DNA of 64,000 nucleotides from a virus (Duplodnaviria; Caudoviricetes): IMG/VR virus record IMGVR_UViG_3300042891_001512, positions 47,346 to 111,345 of that record; one strand, 5' to 3'. Shown piece by piece: positions 18,604 to 28,165 of this stretch (position 1 is its first letter; each line of letters starts with the position of its first letter). The notes under the pieces were generated by a model. It saw only the letters and a program-made list of their open reading frames with translations, ran no database searches and was not told where the DNA came from. The position numbers and the translations under genes were made by a program.

Positions 18604-19401
18604 ATGTTAAAAAAAGATTTTAAAATAGAAGATAAAGGTTCCGGGCTATGTGTAATGACAAACGCATTTGATATTGATCAAGACATGCTTTTTGAATATA
18701 TAAACTGGCTTAAGCAGGAAGAGGAAGACACCTTTACTTATTTGGAAGAAAATGGCAAAAAGTACGCTATTAACAGAACTGGTTTTAAGTTTGATTTATC
18801 AGAAGTAAGAGAGGCGCCAGAAAGATTCGTTGATCCGCTATGCAGAATGTCGAGCAGAAAGCCAACCGCCGAACAATGCAAATTAATATATGATTTAGAG
18901 GATTTAATTTACGAGGCTTTGGTTGAATATGTAAAGATATATGACGTAGCTGCAACAGTTTGTTGGTGGAGAAGCCCTGGTCACATAGCTACTTATTCGG
19001 ACGGTCAAAAAATTGGTCCTCATTGTGATGATCAAATTCCATGGGAATATGGTGTAGCTCCAAGAAATGAGTATCCAAAGCACAGTAAGGTAAGTATAAA
19101 CATATACTTAAATGATGGCGTGGATTCTGAGGAAGAATTAAATGGAAGAAATTTCTTGGGCGGAGACATAATATTTAAATACGCGAAGTATAGACATAAG
19201 CCAAAAACTGGTAGTATAACTATATATCCAACTAACTATGTTGGCACACACGAGGTTGAATCAGTTACCGCTGGGAAAAGAATAGCCTACCTTGGAGCAC
19301 TTCTTTATGGGACTCCGGCTAATGCTAGCCCCGTTCCAGAGGTTGGAGAAGAGAGAATATGGCTACAAAATCTAAGAAAAGATGCTGGGCTAATGCATTA
19401 A
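18604..19401 (+). CDS. 2OG-Fe(II) dioxygenase, tandem paralogue 4 of 4
   Basis: WWRSPGHI...HCD...YPTNYVGTHEV...R. Confidence 0.9.
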   Translation: MLKKDFKIEDKGSGLCVMTNAFDIDQDMLFEYINWLKQEEEDTFTYLEENGKKYAINRTGFKFDLSEVREAPERFVDPLCRMSSRKPTAEQCKLIYDLEDLIYEALVEYVKIYDVAATVCWWRSPGHIATYSDGQKIGPHCDDQIPWEYGVAPRNEYPKHSKVSINIYLNDGVDSEEELNGRNFLGGDIIFKYAKYRHKPKTGSITIYPTNYVGTHEVESVTAGKRIAYLGALLYGTPANASPVPEVGEERIWLQNLRKDAGLMH

Positions 19402-19446
19402 TCATTATTACTATTGTCCTATAGGATACTTAAGTATTGGGATAAT

Positions 19447-19734
19447 ATGATTTATAATGAGGCAATAACCTACGATAGCCCTAATGTGTCTTATAACGGC
19501 ACGTTAATAATTTATGCAAATAGCTTAATAAATCCAATTGTATTAAACAATATAACTATATTTTATGCATCAAACGAAGATTATTCAAATTTAACAACAA
19601 TTGGCGTTATAAGCATGGATATAAGTCCTCAGGGAATTGTTTCTGTAGAAGTTTTAGATAAAGACGTATCCGCCATATTGTCAGCTCAGGTAATATCGGT
19701 TGGTACACCAGGAGAAATATCTATAGTTAGTTAA
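19447..19734 (+). CDS. Small putative virion protein
   Basis: ATG 19447 follows GGGA; first gene of the structural block. Confidence 0.6.
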   Translation: MIYNEAITYDSPNVSYNGTLIIYANSLINPIVLNNITIFYASNEDYSNLTTIGVISMDISPQGIVSVEVLDKDVSAILSAQVISVGTPGEISIVS

Positions 19735-19779
19735 ACTAGGCTACTATAATTAAAAAATGCAAGGTTTATTGGAGAAAAA

Positions 19780-20679
19780 ATGACTACCAGCAGTGTACTT
19801 GTTAATGATACTGTAAGAATAAAGGTAAAATTTGTTGACGTCAACAATGTTACTGGAGCACAAATATTGGTTACCCCTACCTCTGTTTTGGTTACGATCT
19901 ACAAGTCAGACAATACACAAATTATTTCAACGACAGCAACAGCTCTTACTAGCTCAGAATACTATTATGATTTTACCCCCACAATTGCTGACACGTATAA
20001 AATAGTTTTTGTAGGCAATATACCTGGTGGAAGTTCCATAACTGTTAACCAACAGCTTTATGTCAGCACATCTACAGACACATATAAGCCTGTTATAACA
20101 TTAAAGGCAGATGAAATAATTACCTTTGCAGCAGATGTTGACCCAATTTATTTAAACCCAGAAGAAATGCAAGCATACTTTCCGGAAGCATCTCTGCTTG
20201 AAATAGGAGAAATAATTCATTACCATTCAATGGAGGTAAGAGATATCTATGGATTTAATGATTCAAATCCAGCATCTGGGATAAACTATACTAGCTTAGA
20301 ATACATAAAGGCAGCAACAGCTTGCGACCTCAGCAGAACTTATAGTTATGGCGGAGATGACGACGTTTCTGTGCAGTTGGGCGACCTAACCGTTACGGCA
20401 AGAAACCTGCCAAGGACAAATATAAGCAGAGGCAATGCAGTCACCTGGTGCCAAATTGCAGCGGCGTTAAGAAAAGAAATGTTGGCTGGCACAACGGGGG
20501 CAAGAGGCTTCCAGCCAAAAGGTCTACCTACAATGCCAGTTGTAAATTCTGGAAACTATATAGATCCAGATACTGGAAGAGTAACTTACTTGACAGAAAG
20601 AGATCTTTACGGGGCAAGTAGAAAGAGAGAACTATCCTACGACCCAATGCCTAAGAGAGGCTTGCGTAATTATGATTAA
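19780..20679 (+). CDS. Putative head-tail adaptor with N-terminal Ig-like domain
   Basis: Beta-rich N-terminus (YYYDFTPT...YKIVF) and helical C-terminus with VQLGDLTV; position before the sheath genes. Confidence 0.5.
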   Translation: MTTSSVLVNDTVRIKVKFVDVNNVTGAQILVTPTSVLVTIYKSDNTQIISTTATALTSSEYYYDFTPTIADTYKIVFVGNIPGGSSITVNQQLYVSTSTDTYKPVITLKADEIITFAADVDPIYLNPEEMQAYFPEASLLEIGEIIHYHSMEVRDIYGFNDSNPASGINYTSLEYIKAATACDLSRTYSYGGDDDVSVQLGDLTVTARNLPRTNISRGNAVTWCQIAAALRKEMLAGTTGARGFQPKGLPTMPVVNSGNYIDPDTGRVTYLTERDLYGASRKRELSYDPMPKRGLRNYD

Positions 20680-21046
20680 TCTTGAAAAATCATTTATAAA
20701 CATTTTAAAAAAATGGGGTTATGATGTTTTTATACAAAGAAAAAAAGCTAATGGCAATTACGAAGATAACCTCCAGCAAGTAACCACGAGAAGCGTTTTC
20801 CCAAAAGGAAGATTTGAAGCCAAATCAGCTAGCGAAGAAGACGAGGGGATAGTCGTTAATTCTGATGTAGTTTATTACTTTGAAGGCTCCGTTAATCCAG
20901 GGGAGGGTGATAGAATCTACGAGATGATCCCCAATGTTGCGAACAAGCACACTATATATGTGATAGATACAAGTGCCCCGATAAGAGGCAAGGGCGGAAA
21001 AATAGTTTACTGGACAGTTGGAGCAACTAGAGAAAAACAGGTTTAA
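20672..21046 (+). CDS. Putative head-closure / neck protein
   Basis: 124 aa, YYFE...P.EGDRIYE; synteny. Confidence 0.5.
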   Translation: MINLEKSFINILKKWGYDVFIQRKKANGNYEDNLQQVTTRSVFPKGRFEAKSASEEDEGIVVNSDVVYYFEGSVNPGEGDRIYEMIPNVANKHTIYVIDTSAPIRGKGGKIVYWTVGATREKQV

Positions 21047-21047
21047 A

Positions 21048-22922
21048 GTGTTAATAGTAAAAAAAAATCAACGATTAAAATTTAGATTTACATTTGTCGG
21101 TGATGCTAGGTCGACTTCAACTACATCAACTAATTCTAAAAATATTTCATTTAAACAAATATTAAACAACAAAGCAACAATAACTACAGTTGTTAATCAC
21201 GATTTTCAAGTTGGACAAGCAGTTACAATTGCTGGAGTAGATTCAAAATTTAATGGATTACATACAATAGAGGAAGTAACTAACAATACATTTAGTTATA
21301 GAACAGTGGAATCAAATGTTAGCGTCGTTGTTTCTCCCGGCACAGCTTCTGTTACCTCTGCCCTATTGAACGGCGGTTTATCCTATGATCCAATAGCAAA
21401 TGGCTCAGACGTTACGGTCAGTGTGTATAGGGGTCTTGACCAATCAGGTGCAATTATAGGAGTTCCTATATCTTATAGATATACAAACTCCACTACAAGC
21501 CCTGATGCCTACATAGAGCGAAATGGAACAACTGAGTTTGTTTTTAATTATAGAATTCCAGAAAATATAGAAGCAAAAAATTCTTTATTCAGCGGCACTT
21601 ACACCATTGTAGCTAGAACCTACATCGACGGAAACTTATTGAGTTCAACAGTTCAATTCGAATTAAAAGATAGTTTATATGATTTAGTATCAGGTGTTGG
21701 TCAAGGAAATAAATCTGCAACAATAACTTATAAACCGTCTTATGATGACCTGAATCAAACTAATATGCAGTCAATATTATTAATAGGCCACGCAGATGGA
21801 CTAGAATTAAATAATCCAGTAAAGATAAATTCAGTACAAAACGCAATAGATCTTTTATCTGGAAACAAAAATAGCCCTCTACTTAGGGGTGTATTAGATG
21901 CATATGGCGCAGGCGCAAGAAACATATTTATATGCGCGGCAGCCCCGATGTCGGAATATGTTTTAAGCGTAGAAGATAGAAACAAAGCTTATGCGGTTTT
22001 TAATGGACAAACTCTTAAAACTTTCTATGAAAAATATTATGAAAGATTGATTGAAACATATGGTATTATAAAACAATTAGACTATATAGATATAATTGTT
22101 CCACTAGAAGCTTCTATAATAAAAACTGGTGGAGTAGATTTCTTGTCACAACTCGTGCACTATTGCAATGATTTCCACAATGAAACTGGGTATGTGCAAA
22201 TTGGCGTTATAGGCAGTAGGGGGAATGGAATAAGTTCATCCGATATTGAGTTGATTCAAAATAGCAAATATCTTAGATACAAATATACTACATTTATTAA
22301 CACTACCTCTAGCACGCAAATTGCTTCTGACATAGGAAGATACGTTGTGCCAGTATATGGGGAGGCTGTGTTCTCTCACCTGCAAATAGACAACACCTAC
22401 ACCGCTTCAGTTGCAGCAGCTGTTGCTGGGATGATAGCCCAGTCTCAATTAAATATGGGCTTAACAAGAAAAAGAATTCCAGGGGCTTTATCTTTGTACG
22501 GTGTAGACTTAAATTCTACTCAATTAAATACACTTGACTCAATGGGCATAAACACAATATATAGAGGGACTAAAGCACGTAGGGGTAATGTATACGAAGT
22601 ATACCTGACTAGTGATTACACCCTTTCAAATGTTAATTCTGTGTTTTCGAAACTTCCGCAAATGAGGTTAACTTCATATGTAGCTAGCCAAGTCAAAGCG
22701 TACGGCTATGATTACATAGGAAAATTTGGGCATGACAAGGTTGTAACTAGTGTTACTAATATGTTGTCAACATTAAAGAAAAATGGTTCAATTGTTGACT
22801 ATGAATTTAAGGCAGAACAATCTGAACAGGAACAAGGTTTATTAATATTAAATATTAATTTAACTTCTTCTTTAGGTTTGAAGAAAATTAACCTTTCTTT
22901 ATCAGCAGGACCGGCGGCTTAA
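21048..22922 (+). CDS. Tail sheath-like protein (paralogue) with N-terminal beta domains
   Basis: GTG 21048. Sheath-like C-terminus (AAVAGMIA...LDSMGINTI...MRL...LKKNGSIVDYEF...LKKINLSL); N-terminal HDFQVGQAVTIAGVDSKFNG segment. Confidence 0.6.
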   Translation: MLIVKKNQRLKFRFTFVGDARSTSTTSTNSKNISFKQILNNKATITTVVNHDFQVGQAVTIAGVDSKFNGLHTIEEVTNNTFSYRTVESNVSVVVSPGTASVTSALLNGGLSYDPIANGSDVTVSVYRGLDQSGAIIGVPISYRYTNSTTSPDAYIERNGTTEFVFNYRIPENIEAKNSLFSGTYTIVARTYIDGNLLSSTVQFELKDSLYDLVSGVGQGNKSATITYKPSYDDLNQTNMQSILLIGHADGLELNNPVKINSVQNAIDLLSGNKNSPLLRGVLDAYGAGARNIFICAAAPMSEYVLSVEDRNKAYAVFNGQTLKTFYEKYYERLIETYGIIKQLDYIDIIVPLEASIIKTGGVDFLSQLVHYCNDFHNETGYVQIGVIGSRGNGISSSDIELIQNSKYLRYKYTTFINTTSSTQIASDIGRYVVPVYGEAVFSHLQIDNTYTASVAAAVAGMIAQSQLNMGLTRKRIPGALSLYGVDLNSTQLNTLDSMGINTIYRGTKARRGNVYEVYLTSDYTLSNVNSVFSKLPQMRLTSYVASQVKAYGYDYIGKFGHDKVVTSVTNMLSTLKKNGSIVDYEFKAEQSEQEQGLLILNINLTSSLGLKKINLSLSAGPAA

Positions 22923-22923
22923 G

Positions 22924-23694
22924 ATGGCACAATTACCGATCAGCATGCCAAAGCTTGGCTTGGCAGATGCGATGGATAAATCGCGTTTTGCAAACATACT
23001 CCAGTCTGATGGGAATTTAAGTTACCTAGAATTTATATCAGCTGTAAAATCTTTATGGGAAGAAAGCTTTCCGAACTATCCGATCAAGGCAACGTCAAAT
23101 GGGGATAATTCTTTTACCTGGTTTAACCCAGCAACTCAAGAATACGATACCACAGATGCAATAATAGTGTATTCTTTAGAATTAAGAAAAGCTCATTCGG
23201 TTGAACCTAAACCTAGAATGAGACAAATAACAAATAATAATGTTTACGTTTATGGGCAAAGGTTCCAGAACGTTGTTGCATTTACGGCTATGTCTCCGGT
23301 CGGAAAAAGATCAGGGTCAGATTCAAATTCTGTTTCTGATGATCAAGACAATTCTTATTTGGTTGAATCTTTAATAGAATCTTTTGAAGACTTTATGTTG
23401 GAGTATACCCCAATCTTTAAAAAAATAGGTGCTTCAGAATTAGTGTACTCAAGAAGACTTTCAGATTCAGAAGTAAATAGAGATTCTAAAGACGTTCACA
23501 AGAGAACGGTCACCTACATGCTCACCACAGAAAAGGTCTTTGCAGCACAAGCTAATACGATAGAAAAGATAGCTATAGATGTAAGACAGTTTATGGCCTA
23601 TGAGCCAGAATTCTTAGCCGCAGCAACTCCAAATTATGAAGATATAAACATTAACCTTATAGACTTAGAGAATACTGCTACTCCACGTCATTAA
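22924..23694 (+). CDS. Putative tail terminator / completion protein
   Basis: Lies immediately before the sheath; KPRMR...YGQRFQNVVAF...LIESFEDFM. Confidence 0.5.
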   Translation: MAQLPISMPKLGLADAMDKSRFANILQSDGNLSYLEFISAVKSLWEESFPNYPIKATSNGDNSFTWFNPATQEYDTTDAIIVYSLELRKAHSVEPKPRMRQITNNNVYVYGQRFQNVVAFTAMSPVGKRSGSDSNSVSDDQDNSYLVESLIESFEDFMLEYTPIFKKIGASELVYSRRLSDSEVNRDSKDVHKRTVTYMLTTEKVFAAQANTIEKIAIDVRQFMAYEPEFLAAATPNYEDININLIDLENTATPRH

Positions 23695-23796
23695 AACCTG
23701 TATTAAAATTCCCATAGTTAATATATTGATAGTTATTTTTATGACTTAGTTGTTACTATATCACAAGACTTATTCTGTCGGAGGTTCAAAGATAAC

Positions 23797-25110
23797 ATGG
23801 CTACACCGGGTGTAACAACATTAATTAGAGATCGCTTCTACAGCGTCTCAAGGCAAGATGTCCCAGCGGGACCAAGAATTGTGGCGATAGCCAAAAGAAA
23901 CAAAAATGAGTTCAATCCTTCTACGGAAACAACTGCCTATAATGCTATGAACAAGGTTGCTGACCTTGACGTAGTGCAAGCTACTACAGAGAAAGATGTT
24001 ATTGACGCTTTTGGTGTTGGTTCAGATCTCCATAAAGCATTTTTGGAATTGATTACTGCAGGCGCAGAAAGAATTCACCTTGTTCCACTTCCTTATGACA
24101 CGCAGTTTGACCACACAAATGGACAACTAAAAAGCGCTAGCGCAGGATTTGCTAGTTATGGCGAAGATATTTTTAACGCAGCTTTTGCAGCAGCAGAAGC
24201 TGCAATCCCAGATGTTATCATACCTTGGGGTAGAGGTGGCAATTCATCAGACTGGGATGCCACAACAGGAGCGACACCAAACGCAGAAGATTATCTTTTC
24301 CACGCAAACAACTCCAATACAACAGCAAATAACTGGGCATATAAGGTAGCAAGTAAAGTAAAAGATATTTCGGAAAATACAAACCCATGCATTGCAGTGA
24401 TGGGTATAGCGCCATACGTAGCAAGTTCAAGAGAAACTTTAACACCAGCGCAAGTTTCATCACATATGTCTTCTTCTTTGGCACTCTTGCCAGACAGGAA
24501 TAATGCGCTTATGAAGGCTGTTGGTTCGTATGTTTCAATTATAGCTACAGAAGTAAAACCAGTAGGATACGCTACAACAACTTCTGGTGGAACTACAGAT
24601 TACGGTTATTCAAACGGAGCAGCATCGCTTGCGGCGACTATGAGTAGAACACCATCGTACACGGGCCTAACAAACAAAGCTCTTTACAATGTTCAAGCTC
24701 TTCGTTACGCACCCACAAGAGTGCAGCAAGTAACCCTGAATGCCGCAGCAGTAAACGCTGTTATATTGAACTTTAATAAGATTGCAGTATTCGGTGGAGC
24801 AGTAACTTACTCGGCAGCAAATTCAGACTATCTAAGACTCTCAACTAAGAGAATCGTAGATGAGGCTTCACAACTAGTTCGTCAAGTATGTCAAAAGTTC
24901 ATTGGCGAACCATCAACAATACAAGTAAGAAATTCAATGGAAACAGCAATTTCTTCAGGCTTACGTGGTATGCAAGTCAAAGGTGCCTTGCTGGAGAGTG
25001 ACTTCAATGTTACATATGTTCCTTCAGATAACATGGCGATTGTAGACCTCGTATTAACACCTGCGTTCGAACTTAATTCGATCCAGGTTCAAATATCCAT
25101 TAACATATAA
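23797..25110 (+). CDS. Tail sheath protein
   Basis: MATPGV N-terminus; C-terminal SDYLRLSTKRIVD...FIGEP...VDLVLTPAFELNSI; GGAGG RBS. Confidence 0.85.
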   Translation: MATPGVTTLIRDRFYSVSRQDVPAGPRIVAIAKRNKNEFNPSTETTAYNAMNKVADLDVVQATTEKDVIDAFGVGSDLHKAFLELITAGAERIHLVPLPYDTQFDHTNGQLKSASAGFASYGEDIFNAAFAAAEAAIPDVIIPWGRGGNSSDWDATTGATPNAEDYLFHANNSNTTANNWAYKVASKVKDISENTNPCIAVMGIAPYVASSRETLTPAQVSSHMSSSLALLPDRNNALMKAVGSYVSIIATEVKPVGYATTTSGGTTDYGYSNGAASLAATMSRTPSYTGLTNKALYNVQALRYAPTRVQQVTLNAAAVNAVILNFNKIAVFGGAVTYSAANSDYLRLSTKRIVDEASQLVRQVCQKFIGEPSTIQVRNSMETAISSGLRGMQVKGALLESDFNVTYVPSDNMAIVDLVLTPAFELNSIQVQISINI

Positions 25111-25132
25111 TATACCGGTTGGAGGGTAGCAA

Positions 25133-25834
25133 ATGGCAGCAGAATCATATAACCCAGTAAATAAATATCTTAACACTTATACTACATTTTCAGGTGCAGA
25201 CATAGTTGCAACTTTTGGTGGAGTAGAGATTGGCGCACTTTCAGGAATTACATTTTCTGTAACAAGAGAAAAAGCACCTATTTACACAATGGGTTCACCA
25301 AACCCAAGATCTTTCTCAAGAGGAAAGCGTGGCATCGCTGGATCATTAATTTTTACAGTTTTTGATCGCCCAGCACTTTACACAATGTTGGACAAGAATT
25401 ATGAATCACAAGATTCAAAGCAAATGTTCTACACCAGAGCACATAACACACTCCCAGGTGATACTCAGTCAGTAGGTAGAGGTATAGCTGGTTTAGGAAC
25501 TGCTGGTAATTTTAGCAAGGACGTTGTTAAAAAGGTTCCTTATTACGCTGACCAAATTCCACCATTTGACATTACAGTAACTTTTGTTAATGAATATGGA
25601 CAAGCAGCAGTTCGCTCAATCTACGGAGTTGAACTCTTGAACGAAGGTTCGGGAGCTTCGATGGACGATATCGTTATCGAAGAAACAATGACTTATGTAG
25701 CTAGAGAGCTCGGCCCTATGTACGCCATCAAGGTGGACAAAGAAGCTGATCAAAGTTCTCTTAAGCTTAATGACATTTTGAGCCAAGGCGCAGTAACGAA
25801 CTCGGGACTTAATTCAAATATTATTCGTCCGTAA
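25133..25834 (+). CDS. Tail tube protein
   Basis: Follows the sheath; strong RBS and a downstream terminator; FSGADI...ITFSVTREKAPIYTMG...RGIAGSLIF...PPFDIT...IYGVE. Confidence 0.75.
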   Translation: MAAESYNPVNKYLNTYTTFSGADIVATFGGVEIGALSGITFSVTREKAPIYTMGSPNPRSFSRGKRGIAGSLIFTVFDRPALYTMLDKNYESQDSKQMFYTRAHNTLPGDTQSVGRGIAGLGTAGNFSKDVVKKVPYYADQIPPFDITVTFVNEYGQAAVRSIYGVELLNEGSGASMDDIVIEETMTYVARELGPMYAIKVDKEADQSSLKLNDILSQGAVTNSGLNSNIIRP

Positions 25835-25858
25835 TTTTAAACAATTACAAGTTATGAG

Positions 25859-25893
25859 TAATGCATGGGGTAACACCCATGCATTATTTATTT
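25859..25893 (+). terminator. Intrinsic terminator after the sheath-tube genes
   Basis: TAATGCATGGG-GTAACA-CCCATGCATTA followed by TTTATTT. Confidence 0.75.
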
Positions 25894-25913
25894 AAAAGAC
25901 TGGTTAGGTAAAA

Positions 25914-26645
25914 ATGCAAGAAGTGAATCAAACTTCAAATATTTCTAGTTTTTCTGAAGTAAGACCAGAATACGACCCAGCAACTGATTTTAAATCAATA
26001 CTTTCCAACATGTCATTTTCGGGAGCCGATACGGTTGCCACTATGATAATTCCTCAAATAGGTCCAGATGGTAGAATCACCAGTGCTGGTGACGTTATAG
26101 ATATAGGTGAACTGCAAACAATATCCTATTCAATACACAGGGAAAATAGTCCAGTTAGAACGTTAGGTCATTCTAATGTTAGAGGCTTTATTAAGGGTGG
26201 CAGAACTATAGCTGGCTCACTAATATTCACAGTGTTTAACGAGTATGCTTTTTATAGAATAAAGCAATACAAAGAATACCTTGCTAGAAGCAATGGTTTT
26301 TTCGCTCCATTAGCAGATATGCTTCCACCTTTTGATATTGTATTAACATTCTTTAATGAGTATGGAAATGCAGCTAAGATGAAAATATTTGGCGTGACCA
26401 TAGTAGATGAAGGCCAGACTATGTCTGTAGACGACCTTATCACAGAGCAAACGTACACCTTCATGGCTAGGGGCATACAGCCGATGGTCAATATGTCATA
26501 TGAAAAAGAAAAGTATGGTAATATGACTGATGCGCAAACAAATAATATTTTGAATATTAATAGAAATATTTTTGGGGATACAGTCAACGGTGAGACCGTA
26601 ACCGCCATGTATTCTAATTTAATAACAGATGAAGTAATTTCTTAA
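25914..26645 (+). CDS. Tail tube-like paralogue 2 (possible tube initiator)
   Basis: FSGAD...ISYSIHRENSPVRTLG...RTIAGSLIFTVF...PPFDI. Confidence 0.7.
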   Translation: MQEVNQTSNISSFSEVRPEYDPATDFKSILSNMSFSGADTVATMIIPQIGPDGRITSAGDVIDIGELQTISYSIHRENSPVRTLGHSNVRGFIKGGRTIAGSLIFTVFNEYAFYRIKQYKEYLARSNGFFAPLADMLPPFDIVLTFFNEYGNAAKMKIFGVTIVDEGQTMSVDDLITEQTYTFMARGIQPMVNMSYEKEKYGNMTDAQTNNILNINRNIFGDTVNGETVTAMYSNLITDEVIS

Positions 26646-26654
26646 GGAAAAAAA

Positions 26655-27584
26655 GTGTCAAATAGTTATTATCAAGAAAATTTTAATCCTTTATCCAATT
26701 TAGATTCAGTTTGGTCTGGTGGATCAACTGGAGATAATAAAGACAAAAGATTTAGTAATTATTATGATTACTACTTTGGTGGGGAAGACATCAAGGTGTA
26801 TGTTGATGGACTTTTTGAACCAGAAAACGAATTAGATATATCATCTTTCAGTTATTCGATTAAACAGGAAAAGCAACCGCTATATGGTTTCTGGTCTTAT
26901 AATTACGATACAGTTTTATATGGCACAAGAATCGTTAGCGGTGAATTTACAATATACACTCGTTATCCTAGAAGGATGACGGACCTGATAGAGCAAGCAG
27001 CTTCGGCAAGAGTTAAAAATCCTACACCGCAAGAGAGTATGGGTGGAGTTGTTTCTTCTTTAAGGTCAAAATTAGAGTCAGCTGATGACCAAAAAAACAT
27101 AGAAAAATATTGGGCCTATAGTCAGCTTGACAGAATAACAGCAGATCCTTTGTCAAAAATCGCTAAAGATTCTGGTCATAATATTTTTAGTGCTCATCCA
27201 CCGTTTAATTTTGTCATTCTCTATGGTGCTCAAGAAGCCTCTATGAGTCCGCTTGATTATAGCGGCACCACAGGGGGAGTTATAACAGACAATCTAGATA
27301 GAATGATTGTGTCAGATATAAATGAAAGATTAATAAGAACTGACAACAATGCTAACCCAATGAAAATAGTTCTGCAAGAAGTACAGCTTCTTGGTATGGC
27401 GACTTCTTACGGCACAGGTGGACAACCAGTTGCTGAGAGCTATCAGTTCATAGCCAGAGATCTTTATTTTAGTGAAGTAAATCTTGGTTTTATCAAGTCT
27501 GGAACTACTCAAAATACTTCCGATACTAATCAAGGAAGAAATGGACAATCCGCAACGGATCAGTCTTCAAATAATTTAAATTAA
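26655..27584 (+). CDS. Tail tube-like paralogue 3
   Basis: FGGEDI...SYSIKQEKQPLYGFWS...GTRIVSGEF...PPFNF...YQFIARD. Confidence 0.65.
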   Translation: MSNSYYQENFNPLSNLDSVWSGGSTGDNKDKRFSNYYDYYFGGEDIKVYVDGLFEPENELDISSFSYSIKQEKQPLYGFWSYNYDTVLYGTRIVSGEFTIYTRYPRRMTDLIEQAASARVKNPTPQESMGGVVSSLRSKLESADDQKNIEKYWAYSQLDRITADPLSKIAKDSGHNIFSAHPPFNFVILYGAQEASMSPLDYSGTTGGVITDNLDRMIVSDINERLIRTDNNANPMKIVLQEVQLLGMATSYGTGGQPVAESYQFIARDLYFSEVNLGFIKSGTTQNTSDTNQGRNGQSATDQSSNNLN

Positions 27585-27654
27585 ATATATTGAATATATT
27601 GCATATATAATGTATAATGATAAGTGAACTAGTGTTTTAATACAAGGAGATATT

Positions 27655-28158
27655 ATGGCTACGCAGAGAAAAGTTTCCATTTCCACAAACCCTGAAATGG
27701 CAAAAGAAGTCAACGTTGATGAAGTTATAGAGATAACCGCAGAGCCTGTTGAAGTGGCACAGGTTGACGATGAATCAAAATCTGTCGAAGATTTAGATGA
27801 CGAACAGGAGATATGGGAAGGTGGGCCAACCGCCGGGATCATCAAGCATTGGAAAGAAGTGTATGGAGATATTTATGTAACTTCTTTATCTTTTGATAAG
27901 CACATTGTTTGGAGAGTTCTATCTAGATTAGAATACAAGAATCTTGTTAAGAAGATGGAGCAATTAGTTCAAGCCGGCCAACTATCTTCTGCAGAAGCTA
28001 ACATGTGGAATGAAGAAGCCATATCAGAACTCTGCATGCTGTATCCTGAGTACGATAAAAATAATACTGGTGGTATTATGGCTGGAGTTCCATCTTTGAT
28101 TTCGCAAGAAGTTTTAGAGGCATCGGGATTCGTCGCCTTAGAGGTAAGACAATTATAA
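27655..28158 (+). CDS. Putative tail assembly chaperone 1
   Basis: Acidic; WKEVYGDIY...WRVLSRLEY...LISQEVLEASGF; lies before the tape measure. Confidence 0.6.
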   Translation: MATQRKVSISTNPEMAKEVNVDEVIEITAEPVEVAQVDDESKSVEDLDDEQEIWEGGPTAGIIKHWKEVYGDIYVTSLSFDKHIVWRVLSRLEYKNLVKKMEQLVQAGQLSSAEANMWNEEAISELCMLYPEYDKNNTGGIMAGVPSLISQEVLEASGFVALEVRQL

Positions 28159-28165
28159 TTTAATT

